Shown here piece after piece: positions 22,401-30,114 of a stretch of 33,007 bases of DNA. Every line of letters starts with the position of its first letter. Positions within the stretch are counted from its first letter, which is position 1. The position numbers and the translations under genes were made by a program. Source of the DNA: a virus (Duplodnaviria > Caudoviricetes); the IMG/VR virus record IMGVR_UViG_3300027586_000025, positions 1 through 33,007 of that record; one strand, given 5' to 3'. The notes under the pieces were generated by a model that was given only the letters and a program-made list of their open reading frames with translations, was not told where the DNA came from and searched no databases.

Positions 22401-23863
22401 AAATTGCTCTTCTCTTCGCCAGGAAACGCCAACGGAATACTTGCCAGTTCGTACGGCGTTTTATGCGTAATTTCGCCAGTTTTTAGGTCTACAACGGGCG
22501 TATAAATCTTGCCGTTTTCGCCTTTAAATGCGCCCCTGGCAAAGCGCATATCGACGCCGACTTTACCGCTTTCTGGGGTGCGCAAAAAATCTACAAAGCC
22601 CAAATGACTAGGCTGTACGCTGCGCGATTCGGCCGGCACAGCGTCAAGGCTACCGATACCGCCTTCGCCGAGCCGGGTAACACGCGTCTGATGGTCGTAG
22701 ATTTCAGCCGGGTTTATCTCTTCTAAACTCGAGCCTAAGCCAGAGCCGATGAGCGCAGCACTAATAGCTTTGTTAAACACACCAGTTGGAATGTGGTCGA
22801 GCGATTTGCGGGCCGTGGCTTTCCAAAGTAACTGACGCAAGTTCTTTTTATCTTTGGTAAACCGCTCGCCTAGCAAGTCTTCTGGGCCGTGAATCGACTG
22901 GAAAGCCATGCTGTCTCGGTCATCTGAGTCAGCTTCTTTGCGATTGACAGCGATGAGCTTTTTTGTGATAGCCAGTACGACTTCTGGCGTTAAATTTTTA
23001 TGGGGCGCGCCAAGCGTGTGCTGCATAACATCTGGGTCGAGCTCAGTCTTTACAAACTCTGCCAAGATAGCCGCGGCTTTGGTGGCAGCGTCGGCGTCGG
23101 GGACTGGCTTAAACACCATGCGCTGATACAGCTTATCCAGCGTGCCAGCATCGCCTTTTTCCATATTCGCCGTGGTGATCTCGTTGCCCCACGCTTTGCG
23201 AATATCTTGTTCTGGTATGCCGAGCGTTTTTAACAGAGGCATGAGCGGAATCTGAGCTTGGCCAAGTTGCACTTTAAATACGCCGGTCTGCGCGTCGAGA
23301 TAATATCTATGCGAGCGCCCTTTTCCTGGCAGCGTATTCACGTGCGACTCGAGCTCGCCGTTTTCTTTCTCGCGGGTATACACGCCCGCTTTTAAGCGCA
23401 TTTGGTGGGCAAGCGTGTACTCTACGCCTTTGTTCACGAACGTACCGGAGTCAGTTAAGTACGGCACGTTAGCGATCGTGGCGCGGCGCTGGGCAACCTG
23501 TTCGCCCGTCTTGTTGTCGAGCAGCGTCCATGTGCCCTGCATCTTGCGCGTTAACGAGCCGCGCGTCAGCACAGCTTTCTTCTGGTCTGCTCGCGTGTAG
23601 GCTTCAGGCCCAGAGTAATCAACATCGTGCAAGCGCAACGTGTACAAGTCATTCTGGATTGGCTCTATTCCCTGGGCACTGCTGAGAGTTCGCTCAAAGA
23701 TATTTTTACGCAGGCCCGGCACGTCGCCAAACTTGCGTAACTTTGGTTGAGCAGCCGGCTGCATGAGCATAGGCGCAGCGAGCGGCGGAAGTGCTGGCGG
23801 CCCGGCTGGCATAGCGGGCATGGCTGGCGTGGCGGGCACACTAGGCAAAATCGACTCGATCAT
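19403..23863 (-). CDS. rpoBC: DNA-directed RNA polymerase beta subunit fused to N-terminal part of beta' (catalytic DFDGD)
   Basis: beta motifs: PYLTDSGTFVNKG, RTPESGKVG, MGSRMFTQALP, GKNYEDAIVISE, GDKLTGRFGDKGVI, PLGLISRGN, FMKLHH. beta' motifs: GGLFDETLTG, VPVLPPMFRP, VDLVGRAVI, NRAPVLHR, GADFDGDAMAYHVP. Junction at about 20790-20830. Confidence 0.96.
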   Translation of the reverse strand: MIESILPSVPATPAMPAMPAGPPALPPLAAPMLMQPAAQPKLRKFGDVPGLRKNIFERTLSSAQGIEPIQNDLYTLRLHDVDYSGPEAYTRADQKKAVLTRGSLTRKMQGTWTLLDNKTGEQVAQRRATIANVPYLTDSGTFVNKGVEYTLAHQMRLKAGVYTREKENGELESHVNTLPGKGRSHRYYLDAQTGVFKVQLGQAQIPLMPLLKTLGIPEQDIRKAWGNEITTANMEKGDAGTLDKLYQRMVFKPVPDADAATKAAAILAEFVKTELDPDVMQHTLGAPHKNLTPEVVLAITKKLIAVNRKEADSDDRDSMAFQSIHGPEDLLGERFTKDKKNLRQLLWKATARKSLDHIPTGVFNKAISAALIGSGLGSSLEEINPAEIYDHQTRVTRLGEGGIGSLDAVPAESRSVQPSHLGFVDFLRTPESGKVGVDMRFARGAFKGENGKIYTPVVDLKTGEITHKTPYELASIPLAFPGEEKSNLPMVSALVGGKMKYIPRAEAQYGLPNMDNTFSGLTNMVPMKTMVKGHRVIMGSRMFTQALPLVNAEAPHVQSGRADDPTRSYEDDMGETLGAIKAAVHGRVDSITADSMVVRDKDGVKHTIDLYNDMPFNRKTFWTQKPTVQPGDVVKPGQLIATSNFTNKDGAAALGMNLRTAYLPFRGKNYEDAIVISESAAKRLTSEHMYQHEAEWDDNTHVGKNAFRGLFPGEYDKKILDNFDDKGAVKKGMTVNYGDPLVLIAKKRDTVYGKVHRGRAGNFANETITWDHHSPGIVTDVEHTDKGVSVVVKNQAQMEVGDKLTGRFGDKGVIAEVVPDDQMPHDKDGLPFESLVSPLGLISRGNPAQIIEAVLGKIAAKTGKSYKIQDFDNATDLIEFAQKELEKNGLTDTEHVVDPETGRKIPGVLTGSRFFMKLHHTSESKGQGRSTGGYTAEGTPAKGGSEGAKRVGMLDLGALLSHGAGSVIRDAKMVRGQANPEYWAQFMAGYAPPLPKIPHVYEKFINQLKAAGINTVREGTKTHIMAMTDKDVDGLAGAREIQNSETVDWKSGLKPKAGGLFDETLTGGHGGTRWSKITLHEPMPNPVMEDPIRRILGLTEKQFRGVLSGQEQLFDKTGPEAIRGALAKINVAHSLEQTREDIKSGRKTVRDAAVRKLGYLKAAEKTGIHPQSWMLTKVPVLPPMFRPVSTMGAKKLPLVDDANYLYKELLDSNSVLKESAGVLEDVGNERLNLYDSMKAVHGLGEPLQPKNVERNVKGFLAKVFGSSPKYGTVQRKLLSSTVDLVGRAVITPNPDLDMDQVALPEEKAWDIYKPFVVRGLVRRGMPRMQALQAVEKKDKAAFAELNTQMGSRPIIINRAPVLHRYGMMAFYPRLTKNKVMEINPLIVKGFGADFDGDAMAYHVPSTEAAAQEAVAKMLPSKNLFSAASFKAHYVPNRDYQTGLYVASSRTNTKTKPSVYQNKQAALAAYRRGEIGVDTPVHIVEDK

Positions 23864-23878
23864 GGCGGCGCTCCCGGT

Positions 23879-24775
23879 TTATTCGGTGGCGCTGCGCTGC
23901 GAAAGCAGTTTGACGTTTTCGAGTTCTTGTGGGTCAACCCATTGCGTCGGCAGAGACTGTAGGCGCCGCTGCAGTTTTCTTGCTTTTTCAGTGTTATTAC
24001 CAGCAGCAAGATTTTTTGTGCGGTTGTACATGTAATGCGCGCCCACTCCGCCAAGGCCAACGCCGCCGATTAAACCCAGAGCAACAGTGTTCTCGGCCCC
24101 AGCGCGCACTAACTCGGCCAAAGCAGAGTGCGCGCGAGTAGCCCAACTCGCCATTTTTTCGTAAGCGGCGTCAAGCGAAGCAGACTTTGTACCGGTGAGC
24201 GCGTCGAGGTACTCTTGCTTGGCTGCCATAACATCAGCAGCTCGGCGTTTTCTTTTGCGCGACTCTACAAAATGGCGCATCATGGCGTTCCCTGCAAGCG
24301 CGCCCGCAGCTGGCCCAAGTACGCCAAGCGCCCGGTCTGTGCCGCCTTGCATGTAACTCATGTCTTTGTGGCCCGGGGCGTGAGGGAGCAGCCCTTCGGC
24401 ATTCCCGGCAAGAGACGAAAGCAACTGGCCCGGGACATTGATTGCTTTTCCGGCAGCCCTATAAATGTTGCGTTGAATGTCGGCTAGGTCAGCAAATTTG
24501 CTTAACCCGAGATCTTTCTGCGCTTCTTGTTCCTCGGCTCGGCGTTTCTGCTGCCGACGAACGTGCTGCATAAGATAATACAGGCCCGTGGCTCCGGCAC
24601 CGGTCCCAACACCGATGAGCGTCTTATTCAGCAACCGCTTACCGACATCCTCGTATTGCGCGTCGGTCACAGCGCCTACTGGAGCAGCGGGCGGAGCTAC
24701 CGCGGCTTTCGCTGGCGCTGGTGTATCGCCCCAGAAGCCCTCGGCCATCTTTTCGTTGCTCTTGTGTTGTGCCAT
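23879..24775 (-). CDS. Hypothetical Gly-zipper protein (candidate ejection protein)
   Basis: 298 aa, three Gly-rich hydrophobic segments each followed by a basic stretch, KMA/KFA/KSA/KMA motifs, no Cys. Confidence 0.75.
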   Translation of the reverse strand: MAQHKSNEKMAEGFWGDTPAPAKAAVAPPAAPVGAVTDAQYEDVGKRLLNKTLIGVGTGAGATGLYYLMQHVRRQQKRRAEEQEAQKDLGLSKFADLADIQRNIYRAAGKAINVPGQLLSSLAGNAEGLLPHAPGHKDMSYMQGGTDRALGVLGPAAGALAGNAMMRHFVESRKRKRRAADVMAAKQEYLDALTGTKSASLDAAYEKMASWATRAHSALAELVRAGAENTVALGLIGGVGLGGVGAHYMYNRTKNLAAGNNTEKARKLQRRLQSLPTQWVDPQELENVKLLSQRSATE

Positions 24776-24802
24776 GTTACGCGGCCCTTTTCTAGCCTTA
24801 AT

Positions 24803-25153
24803 TTATCGTGCTGGCGGCGCTACGCCGTAAATTTGCATCCACTCGAGCCAGACACGAAAATGCGTTTTACTCTCGTCCCAGTTGTCGATGCGCTTTAATA
24901 GGCGGTACCAGCCATTCACGATCTTACCATGTATATTGTCAAATTCTGCTTTTTGCGCCGGGTCCCAGAGCTCAAACATATTCGATTTAAAGTCGTACTG
25001 TAAGTCTATGTCTTCGACTTCGTCTTGTTTTAAGTCCCGTTTAGCCGCCGGATTGGCTAATACAGGGAACCCGTCCATTGTGCCGGGCCACTGCAGCCGG
25101 TAGTCGCCGTGCTGGGCGCCAGATGACTCGCCGTGGTACTGTGTAAAGCTCAT
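24803..25153 (-). CDS. Hypothetical protein
   Basis: 116 aa, globular composition, tight packing with neighbours, no Cys. Confidence 0.75.
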   Translation of the reverse strand: MSFTQYHGESSGAQHGDYRLQWPGTMDGFPVLANPAAKRDLKQDEVEDIDLQYDFKSNMFELWDPAQKAEFDNIHGKIVNGWYRLLKRIDNWDESKTHFRVWLEWMQIYGVAPPAR

Positions 25154-25168
25154 AGTTATCTAGCTAAG

Positions 25169-25585
25169 TTATCTAGCCGACTTGTAATCGTAATTTTTCT
25201 TGCGCGTACGTAGTCTGGCAGCATACGCCCGATATGTCGCTGCTAATTCTTCATTTTTAATATCTTCTGCCGATATATCTGGCTCAGTTGTTCTGGCGGC
25301 GCCATAACCCAGTGCCGCGCCGCCCAGTAAGCCAGCAGCAGACGGGAGCCCAATAGCCAGCCCAGCGGCAGCTGGAAGAACTTGCGTAGCCGCGGTGTGG
25401 ACCACTTTTGGCGTTGCATAAGCAAGGCCGCCCAAAGCTGCAAGCCCAGCGGTCCCCAGCCATTTCCAGGGAAAAGCTTGCTTTACCCGCATATCTAAGT
25501 TCTCGCCGGCAAGGCCCTCTTCGGCGCAACGAGCTAAAAAGCCGAGTTTAAACGCCATTTTGGGGTCATAGTTTGTGAAGTCCAT
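25169..25585 (-). CDS. Hypothetical Gly-zipper protein
   Basis: 138 aa; N-terminal KMAFKLGFLARCAEEG...KQA followed by GxxxG-rich hydrophobic segments. Confidence 0.75.
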   Translation of the reverse strand: MDFTNYDPKMAFKLGFLARCAEEGLAGENLDMRVKQAFPWKWLGTAGLAALGGLAYATPKVVHTAATQVLPAAAGLAIGLPSAAGLLGGAALGYGAARTTEPDISAEDIKNEELAATYRAYAARLRTRKKNYDYKSAR

Positions 25586-26077
25586 TTAAAACTCTCCCGG
25601 CAAAATTAGTTTCTTAGGCGGCGCGCCAGCGCTAAAGTCGGGCGTGGCGTACCGGCCTGTGTCTTTACCCAGCGGCATGGCTCCCGGAAGTGCCGACCGG
25701 AAATTAGCGCTGCTGGCCAAAGATATCTTACTCTTTCGCCCCGGACGGTGTCTCATGAACCAAGCGTCTACTTTAGGGTCGTCGCGGTCGCCCTGCTCTT
25801 TTGCCTCTTTCGTACAAGCCACCATGTCGTCGATGGCTATCTGTAAGTCGAGCCTGTCGGAAACAATCCATTTATGGCTAGGCGTGTCGGCCATCATGGT
25901 GCGCAGCCGTTGAGCTTCTTCGCTTAATGCCTGCGCCCGCTGAAGAAATTCTTTACGGGTTAAGACAAAGAACTCGCCGGTTTCTTCGTCGTGCATGCAC
26001 ACAAACCCGTTCTGGGCATAAAACTTAAGGCCGCGGTACGTGTAGCATTTACCGGTATTTTTCGCTAGTTTCGACAT
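25586..26077 (-). CDS. Hypothetical protein
   Basis: 163 aa; its stop directly abuts the next start. Confidence 0.75.
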   Translation of the reverse strand: MSKLAKNTGKCYTYRGLKFYAQNGFVCMHDEETGEFFVLTRKEFLQRAQALSEEAQRLRTMMADTPSHKWIVSDRLDLQIAIDDMVACTKEAKEQGDRDDPKVDAWFMRHRPGRKSKISLASSANFRSALPGAMPLGKDTGRYATPDFSAGAPPKKLILPGEF

Positions 26078-26111
26078 GCTGCGCCTAGAGGATAAACGGC
26101 TGTATTTCCGA

Positions 26112-26426
26112 CTACTTGTCAGAAGAAACGTCAGGTAAAGGATTGGCTTGAAGCTGCATGCTGGGCCGCTTTGGCCCAGTCCCGACGCTCCCTGTTTTGC
26201 AGTTCTGGCACTTTGTCCAGCTCAGCCCGTCGCCTGTGGGTACGCGACCGGTGCCTTTACAGACCGTGCAGTCTTTTGTGTCTACCAGTACGGGCGCTAC
26301 CGCCGTACGAGGAAGCAGAGCAGCATAAGCAGCCTCTGCAGCGACCACGCTGACATAATCTTTTTGTGGCGGCGTGGAGACATTGGTAAGCACCGGGGCC
26401 AGTAATAAAAATAACCACTCAAACAT
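26112..26426 (-). CDS. Signal-peptide/membrane-anchored protein with DnaJ-like Zn-finger motif
   Basis: Hydrophobic N-terminus MFEWLFLLLAPVL; CTVCKGTGRVPTGDG...KCQNC. Confidence 0.7.
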   Translation of the reverse strand: MFEWLFLLLAPVLTNVSTPPQKDYVSVVAAEAAYAALLPRTAVAPVLVDTKDCTVCKGTGRVPTGDGLSWTKCQNCKTGSVGTGPKRPSMQLQANPLPDVSSDK

Positions 26427-26453
26427 GCGTAACCTTTCTATACTGTGCGATTC

Positions 26454-27479
26454 TTAAATGTTGCCTAGCGCGCCGTAGCTCTTGAGAGTCTTCGGCGGCC
26501 ATCCGTTTACGCCCGACACTGCGACCATGTAACGATTTTTGATGTCTGACCACTTCGCCCAGAACGAGCCGACTGGAATATCGACTGTTGTATTAAGTAT
26601 GCGCCGGCCACCTTCGTTCCACGCGCCCCAGCTATTCTGGACCATGACAAGGGGCTCGCCGTAAAGCTTAATAATCTCTGGCCGATCGTCTACAGCTAGA
26701 TACGCTAAAGCGTGGCCCCACCCGCCTTTTCTTGACGATACGCCGTTAGCGTCGCGCACACTTGAAAAGCCTTCGCTGCCACACGAGCTAATGCAGTAAC
26801 CGTTGGCGAGTAAGTCGCGCAGCGGTTCGTAGTCTTCAACTTCTGTAACAGTCTGGACAAGATGCAACTTGCCAACTTCGCGCCAAGAGGCCGGCGGCGT
26901 GCGCGAGCCATAGATGCCCGCGTTCCTTGAGCTATATGTTGTGAAGTCTACGCCGATCTCAGGATAATCTTGGCGCAGCCACATGCCGCTGTCGTTAAGC
27001 AGGACCTGAGCTGCTTCGGCACAGCTCCAGCCATCGCCGCCATGGCGGCGCCAGTTATAAATAGCCTCAGTACTTAGCACGCCGTTGAGCCGGGCAACGT
27101 CACTGACGCTGGGCGCGCCCTCTAAGCGGCCGCTGTTTACGTCAGGCGCGCCGCTAGTGATCTCACAGCACATGGTGCCCAGCGCACTATTGCGCGCCGA
27201 CCAGGATACACAGTCACCACGGCCCTGCGCGCCACCGGGCAGACAGTCGGGGTAGAGCTTTAAGATCTCCACAAACGGCAGGCTTAGTTTGCCCTTCCCC
27301 GTTTCTTCCAGCTTATACGCTGTACAAGCTGCGGCGCCGTCGACGATTCCGCCGGCCGCTGTAATTTGGGACCGAAGAGCTTCTGCGGCTTCTGGGTTAC
27401 CGTAGGCCCCAACAAAGCCACTTTCGTACGCTGCCACAACGTCATAGACGTTCTCGAAAAACTGCTCGTTGTCGGCCAT
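26454..27479 (-). CDS. Papain-like (C1 family) cysteine peptidase
   Basis: QGRGDCVSWS (oxyanion Gln plus catalytic Cys), WGHAL (His), VQNSWG (Asn). Confidence 0.88.
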   Translation of the reverse strand: MADNEQFFENVYDVVAAYESGFVGAYGNPEAAEALRSQITAAGGIVDGAAACTAYKLEETGKGKLSLPFVEILKLYPDCLPGGAQGRGDCVSWSARNSALGTMCCEITSGAPDVNSGRLEGAPSVSDVARLNGVLSTEAIYNWRRHGGDGWSCAEAAQVLLNDSGMWLRQDYPEIGVDFTTYSSRNAGIYGSRTPPASWREVGKLHLVQTVTEVEDYEPLRDLLANGYCISSCGSEGFSSVRDANGVSSRKGGWGHALAYLAVDDRPEIIKLYGEPLVMVQNSWGAWNEGGRRILNTTVDIPVGSFWAKWSDIKNRYMVAVSGVNGWPPKTLKSYGALGNI

Positions 27480-27521
27480 TGTGCGTCTCCAGCATGCGTT
27501 TAAAGTGCGGCGAAAAGCGTA

Positions 27522-27974
27522 TTATCGAGCTGAAGAGCTGGCGATAACTTCGCAGGCGTCTACGAGCTTTGCGCGGGTATCGGGATTCCCGGGTAACACA
27601 TCAAGCGTGCCGAGCTTTTGCTCAAACACAGCTTCGATGGCAACGTCGAGCCCCGGGTAGGCGCCTTTACCGCCACCGATAGCCAGCTGTAATGTGTTGG
27701 CGTGCAGGCTAGCCCACTGCTCCGTTGTCGTGACGCGTTGGCCGGCGTCTCGCACAATGATCTCTGCCAAGGCTGTGTACACGCCGTTGATCCTGGCCTT
27801 GTCGGCGGCTGGCGCAAATGCCAGCAGCTTTACAATCTCGGCGTCTGCTACGACCGATGGGTTTACAGGCTTGGGCTTCTGTGGACTCGAGAACCCATTT
27901 GGAAATACAAGCGAGGCGATCAGTAACGCACCGGCCAGCCAGACGAGCTTAGCCAAGCAGTTTTTACAGGTCAT
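27522..27974 (-). CDS. Membrane-anchored hypothetical protein
   Basis: Start ATG 27974 forms an ATGA overlap with the upstream stop; N-terminal TM/signal LVWLAGALLIASLVFP. Confidence 0.75.
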   Translation of the reverse strand: MTCKNCLAKLVWLAGALLIASLVFPNGFSSPQKPKPVNPSVVADAEIVKLLAFAPAADKARINGVYTALAEIIVRDAGQRVTTTEQWASLHANTLQLAIGGGKGAYPGLDVAIEAVFEQKLGTLDVLPGNPDTRAKLVDACEVIASSSAR

Positions 27975-28282
27975 ACAACGCCCTTTGAAGGTGATTGATA
28001 CTCGACAATGACGCGCAACAGTACGGTGCAAGCTTCGACACCTTCTGGGCACTCTTCAGCAGCAAGGCGATCGCGCAGCTGGGTGACCGATAAGATATCA
28101 TTGACCAGCGAGACAGCGATCGAGGGCTGGGCTACTGGAGCAGCCGCGTTGCGAGGACCCACAACTGGCGAACTTCCGCCGCCGCCAAAAATAGCGCGCA
28201 GGCAAGCTACAAGCGCGTGGCGGTAGACCAGCAAAGCTCCTACAACAAATACAGCAGCACACACGATTTGAAATTGAGTCAT
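27971..28282 (-). CDS. Small membrane-anchored hypothetical protein
   Basis: 103 aa, N-terminal TM (IVCAAVFVVGALLVY), GGAG RBS. Confidence 0.75.
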   Translation of the reverse strand: MTQFQIVCAAVFVVGALLVYRHALVACLRAIFGGGGSSPVVGPRNAAAPVAQPSIAVSLVNDILSVTQLRDRLAAEECPEGVEACTVLLRVIVEYQSPSKGVV

Positions 28283-28325
28283 AGTATCTCCAGTTTAACT
28301 TGAATTGTGTTAAGTAAACACCAGT

Positions 28326-29168
28326 TTACCAAATCTTGGGAACGAGCACTATGTTGTACTCACAGCCGTTAATGACAATACTGCCGGTAATACGCTCATT
28401 TTCGGCGGCTGTCAGCGCGTATTGCGTCGTCCGCTTGCCGTACAGACTTACAATTTCTTTGATATCGCCCTTCTGGGGCTTGGTGTGCTTTGCGTCGTAA
28501 TAAGGCGCCATAAGATTGCCGTTCGCTAAGTGCGGCAACCCGAGTGCGTGGCCGATTTCGTGGCACATGACGGCGACGGCCATATCAAATGACCAGTCTT
28601 CAGCCTCGTCAAACATCTGGTCGAGTTGCACGTTGGCGGTCACGTCGCACGGCAACTCGCTCCAAGCTAGCGTGCCGCCTTTGTTATCTAAGTGATTCTC
28701 TTTACCAACGCCTGAGCGCGCATAGATATTGGCATTCTTGGCAGCGACTTGCTTGGGCTCGATAGCGCACACTTCTGCCCACTGAGAGATCGCGAGCGTA
28801 TACGCGCGCGATACTTCGTCTTTGCTCAGGCCTGGTAGCTTCAGATCGTGGCAGTACGTGATTTCAGCCATCGGCCACTTGCAGGGCTCTGAGCTCTTGA
28901 GCGTCATGCTAAAGTCAGGCAGGCCGCAGCGGGCGCGGTTAATCTTGTGCGCTGTTTTAGGGCCGACAAGTCCCGTGGGCAGCAACCCATTAAACTCTTG
29001 ATACGTGCGAATAGCACTTGCCAGCGCGCCGCTGCCTAGGTTTTTCACTTGCTCGACAGTTCTGTCGCCAAAATACCCAAAGCGCATCAGGCGCTTGATA
29101 ATCTCTGCTTCTGGCAGCACATGATGGGCGGCCGAGTCTTCAGCTTGTTTTGTTGGCTTCCTTGCCAT
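28326..29168 (-). CDS. Matrixin/M10 family zinc metallopeptidase with PGBD-like prodomain
   Basis: LMRFGYF...AIRTYQEFNGLLPTG (PG-binding-like prodomain), ARCGLPD (cysteine switch), HEIGHALGLPH (metzincin motif), LMAPYY (Met-turn). Confidence 0.92.
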   Translation of the reverse strand: MARKPTKQAEDSAAHHVLPEAEIIKRLMRFGYFGDRTVEQVKNLGSGALASAIRTYQEFNGLLPTGLVGPKTAHKINRARCGLPDFSMTLKSSEPCKWPMAEITYCHDLKLPGLSKDEVSRAYTLAISQWAEVCAIEPKQVAAKNANIYARSGVGKENHLDNKGGTLAWSELPCDVTANVQLDQMFDEAEDWSFDMAVAVMCHEIGHALGLPHLANGNLMAPYYDAKHTKPQKGDIKEIVSLYGKRTTQYALTAAENERITGSIVINGCEYNIVLVPKIW

Positions 29169-29195
29169 AATACGCGTCCTTGCAGATAAAATGCG

Positions 29196-29624
29196 TTATT
29201 TCTGCCGCACTGAGAAATCAGCTACGCGAATAATCTCGTCGGCATCTTCGTTGTCTAACTCGTCGCTTACTTTGTACAACGCCATCAATAGCGGGTTTTC
29301 GCCAGAGCCGTTTACAGCAGTCACGGTCGATTTGTTTTCGTGCCACAGGATGAGCAGCTGGCGGCGCAGCCGAATGGTTTTACGCTTCGGCAGTGAGCGC
29401 AGGTCTCGCAAATACCCGGCCAGTTCAGCCTGGGCAGTCTTGTCTTTTCGGCACGCTACGACGATCTGGATCACAAGCGAGATAATGCCAATGATAATAA
29501 GCACGCCGATTTGGTACGAACCGTCTGAATGAAACTCGAGCTCTTTTTGCAGCTTGAGTTTCAGCTTTGTCAGGATCGGCGACAGGTCGACACACTCTTG
29601 TACTTTGGCCAGGTCGTTATTCAT
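29196..29624 (-). CDS. Single-TM hypothetical protein
   Basis: 142 aa; hydrophobic IGVLIIIGIISLVIQIVVAC followed by a basic segment. Confidence 0.7.
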   Translation of the reverse strand: MNNDLAKVQECVDLSPILTKLKLKLQKELEFHSDGSYQIGVLIIIGIISLVIQIVVACRKDKTAQAELAGYLRDLRSLPKRKTIRLRRQLLILWHENKSTVTAVNGSGENPLLMALYKVSDELDNEDADEIIRVADFSVRQK

Positions 29625-29648
29625 AGTTGCGGCTCATAGAAGGCGTGT

Positions 29649-30035
29649 TTACCACTGGGACAATTGATGCTGCGTGCTGGCGTTAAACGTTTGCATCATG
29701 TACTCGCATTTTGCCTTGTACATGGTTATGCGAAGCTCATTGCGTGATGCAATGTACTTCCACACTAAGACAGTGTTAAGAATAATAACTTGCGTAGCGG
29801 CGACTAATGACGTCACGGCTTTCGACACAGCTTCGGCGTCTGACTGGTTGAGCCAGCCTACAAGGACAGCTACTGTCAGTAAGTTTGCGACAGCAGCGGC
29901 GGCCATTGTCCAGAACTCGGGCGTGCGCCAGTTGCCAATGTCTACAGTAATGTCGTTAGACGCGGCATTGATAGCGCGCAGTTCTGACCGTACGGTTTCA
30001 ATGCTTCTTTTCTCAGTAGGACGCTTGGCAGTCAT
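29649..30035 (-). CDS. Holin-like membrane protein
   Basis: 128 aa with two hydrophobic helices after WRTPEFW, charged termini, first gene of the protease cassette. Confidence 0.5.
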   Translation of the reverse strand: MTAKRPTEKRSIETVRSELRAINAASNDITVDIGNWRTPEFWTMAAAAVANLLTVAVLVGWLNQSDAEAVSKAVTSLVAATQVIILNTVLVWKYIASRNELRITMYKAKCEYMMQTFNASTQHQLSQW

Positions 30036-30070
30036 AAAATCCTCGGTAGTTAGGCTGACTCACTAGGTTT

Positions 30071-30099
30071 ATTTTGCCACAAGGCCTGCAATCCGGCAA
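30071..30099 (-). promoter_or_regulatory. Possible sigma70-like promoter before the lysis-like cassette
   Basis: TTGCCG-N17-CAAAAT with TG at the extended -10 position, inside a 79-nt intergenic gap. Confidence 0.3.
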
Positions 30100-30114
30100 T
30101 CGCTGAATAGCGCC

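Noticed and set aside
16674-23863. Host chromosomal rpoBC operon
   Set aside because: No flanking ribosomal-protein genes, strong divergence, loss of Zn sites, and capsid-module context all point to a phage gene.
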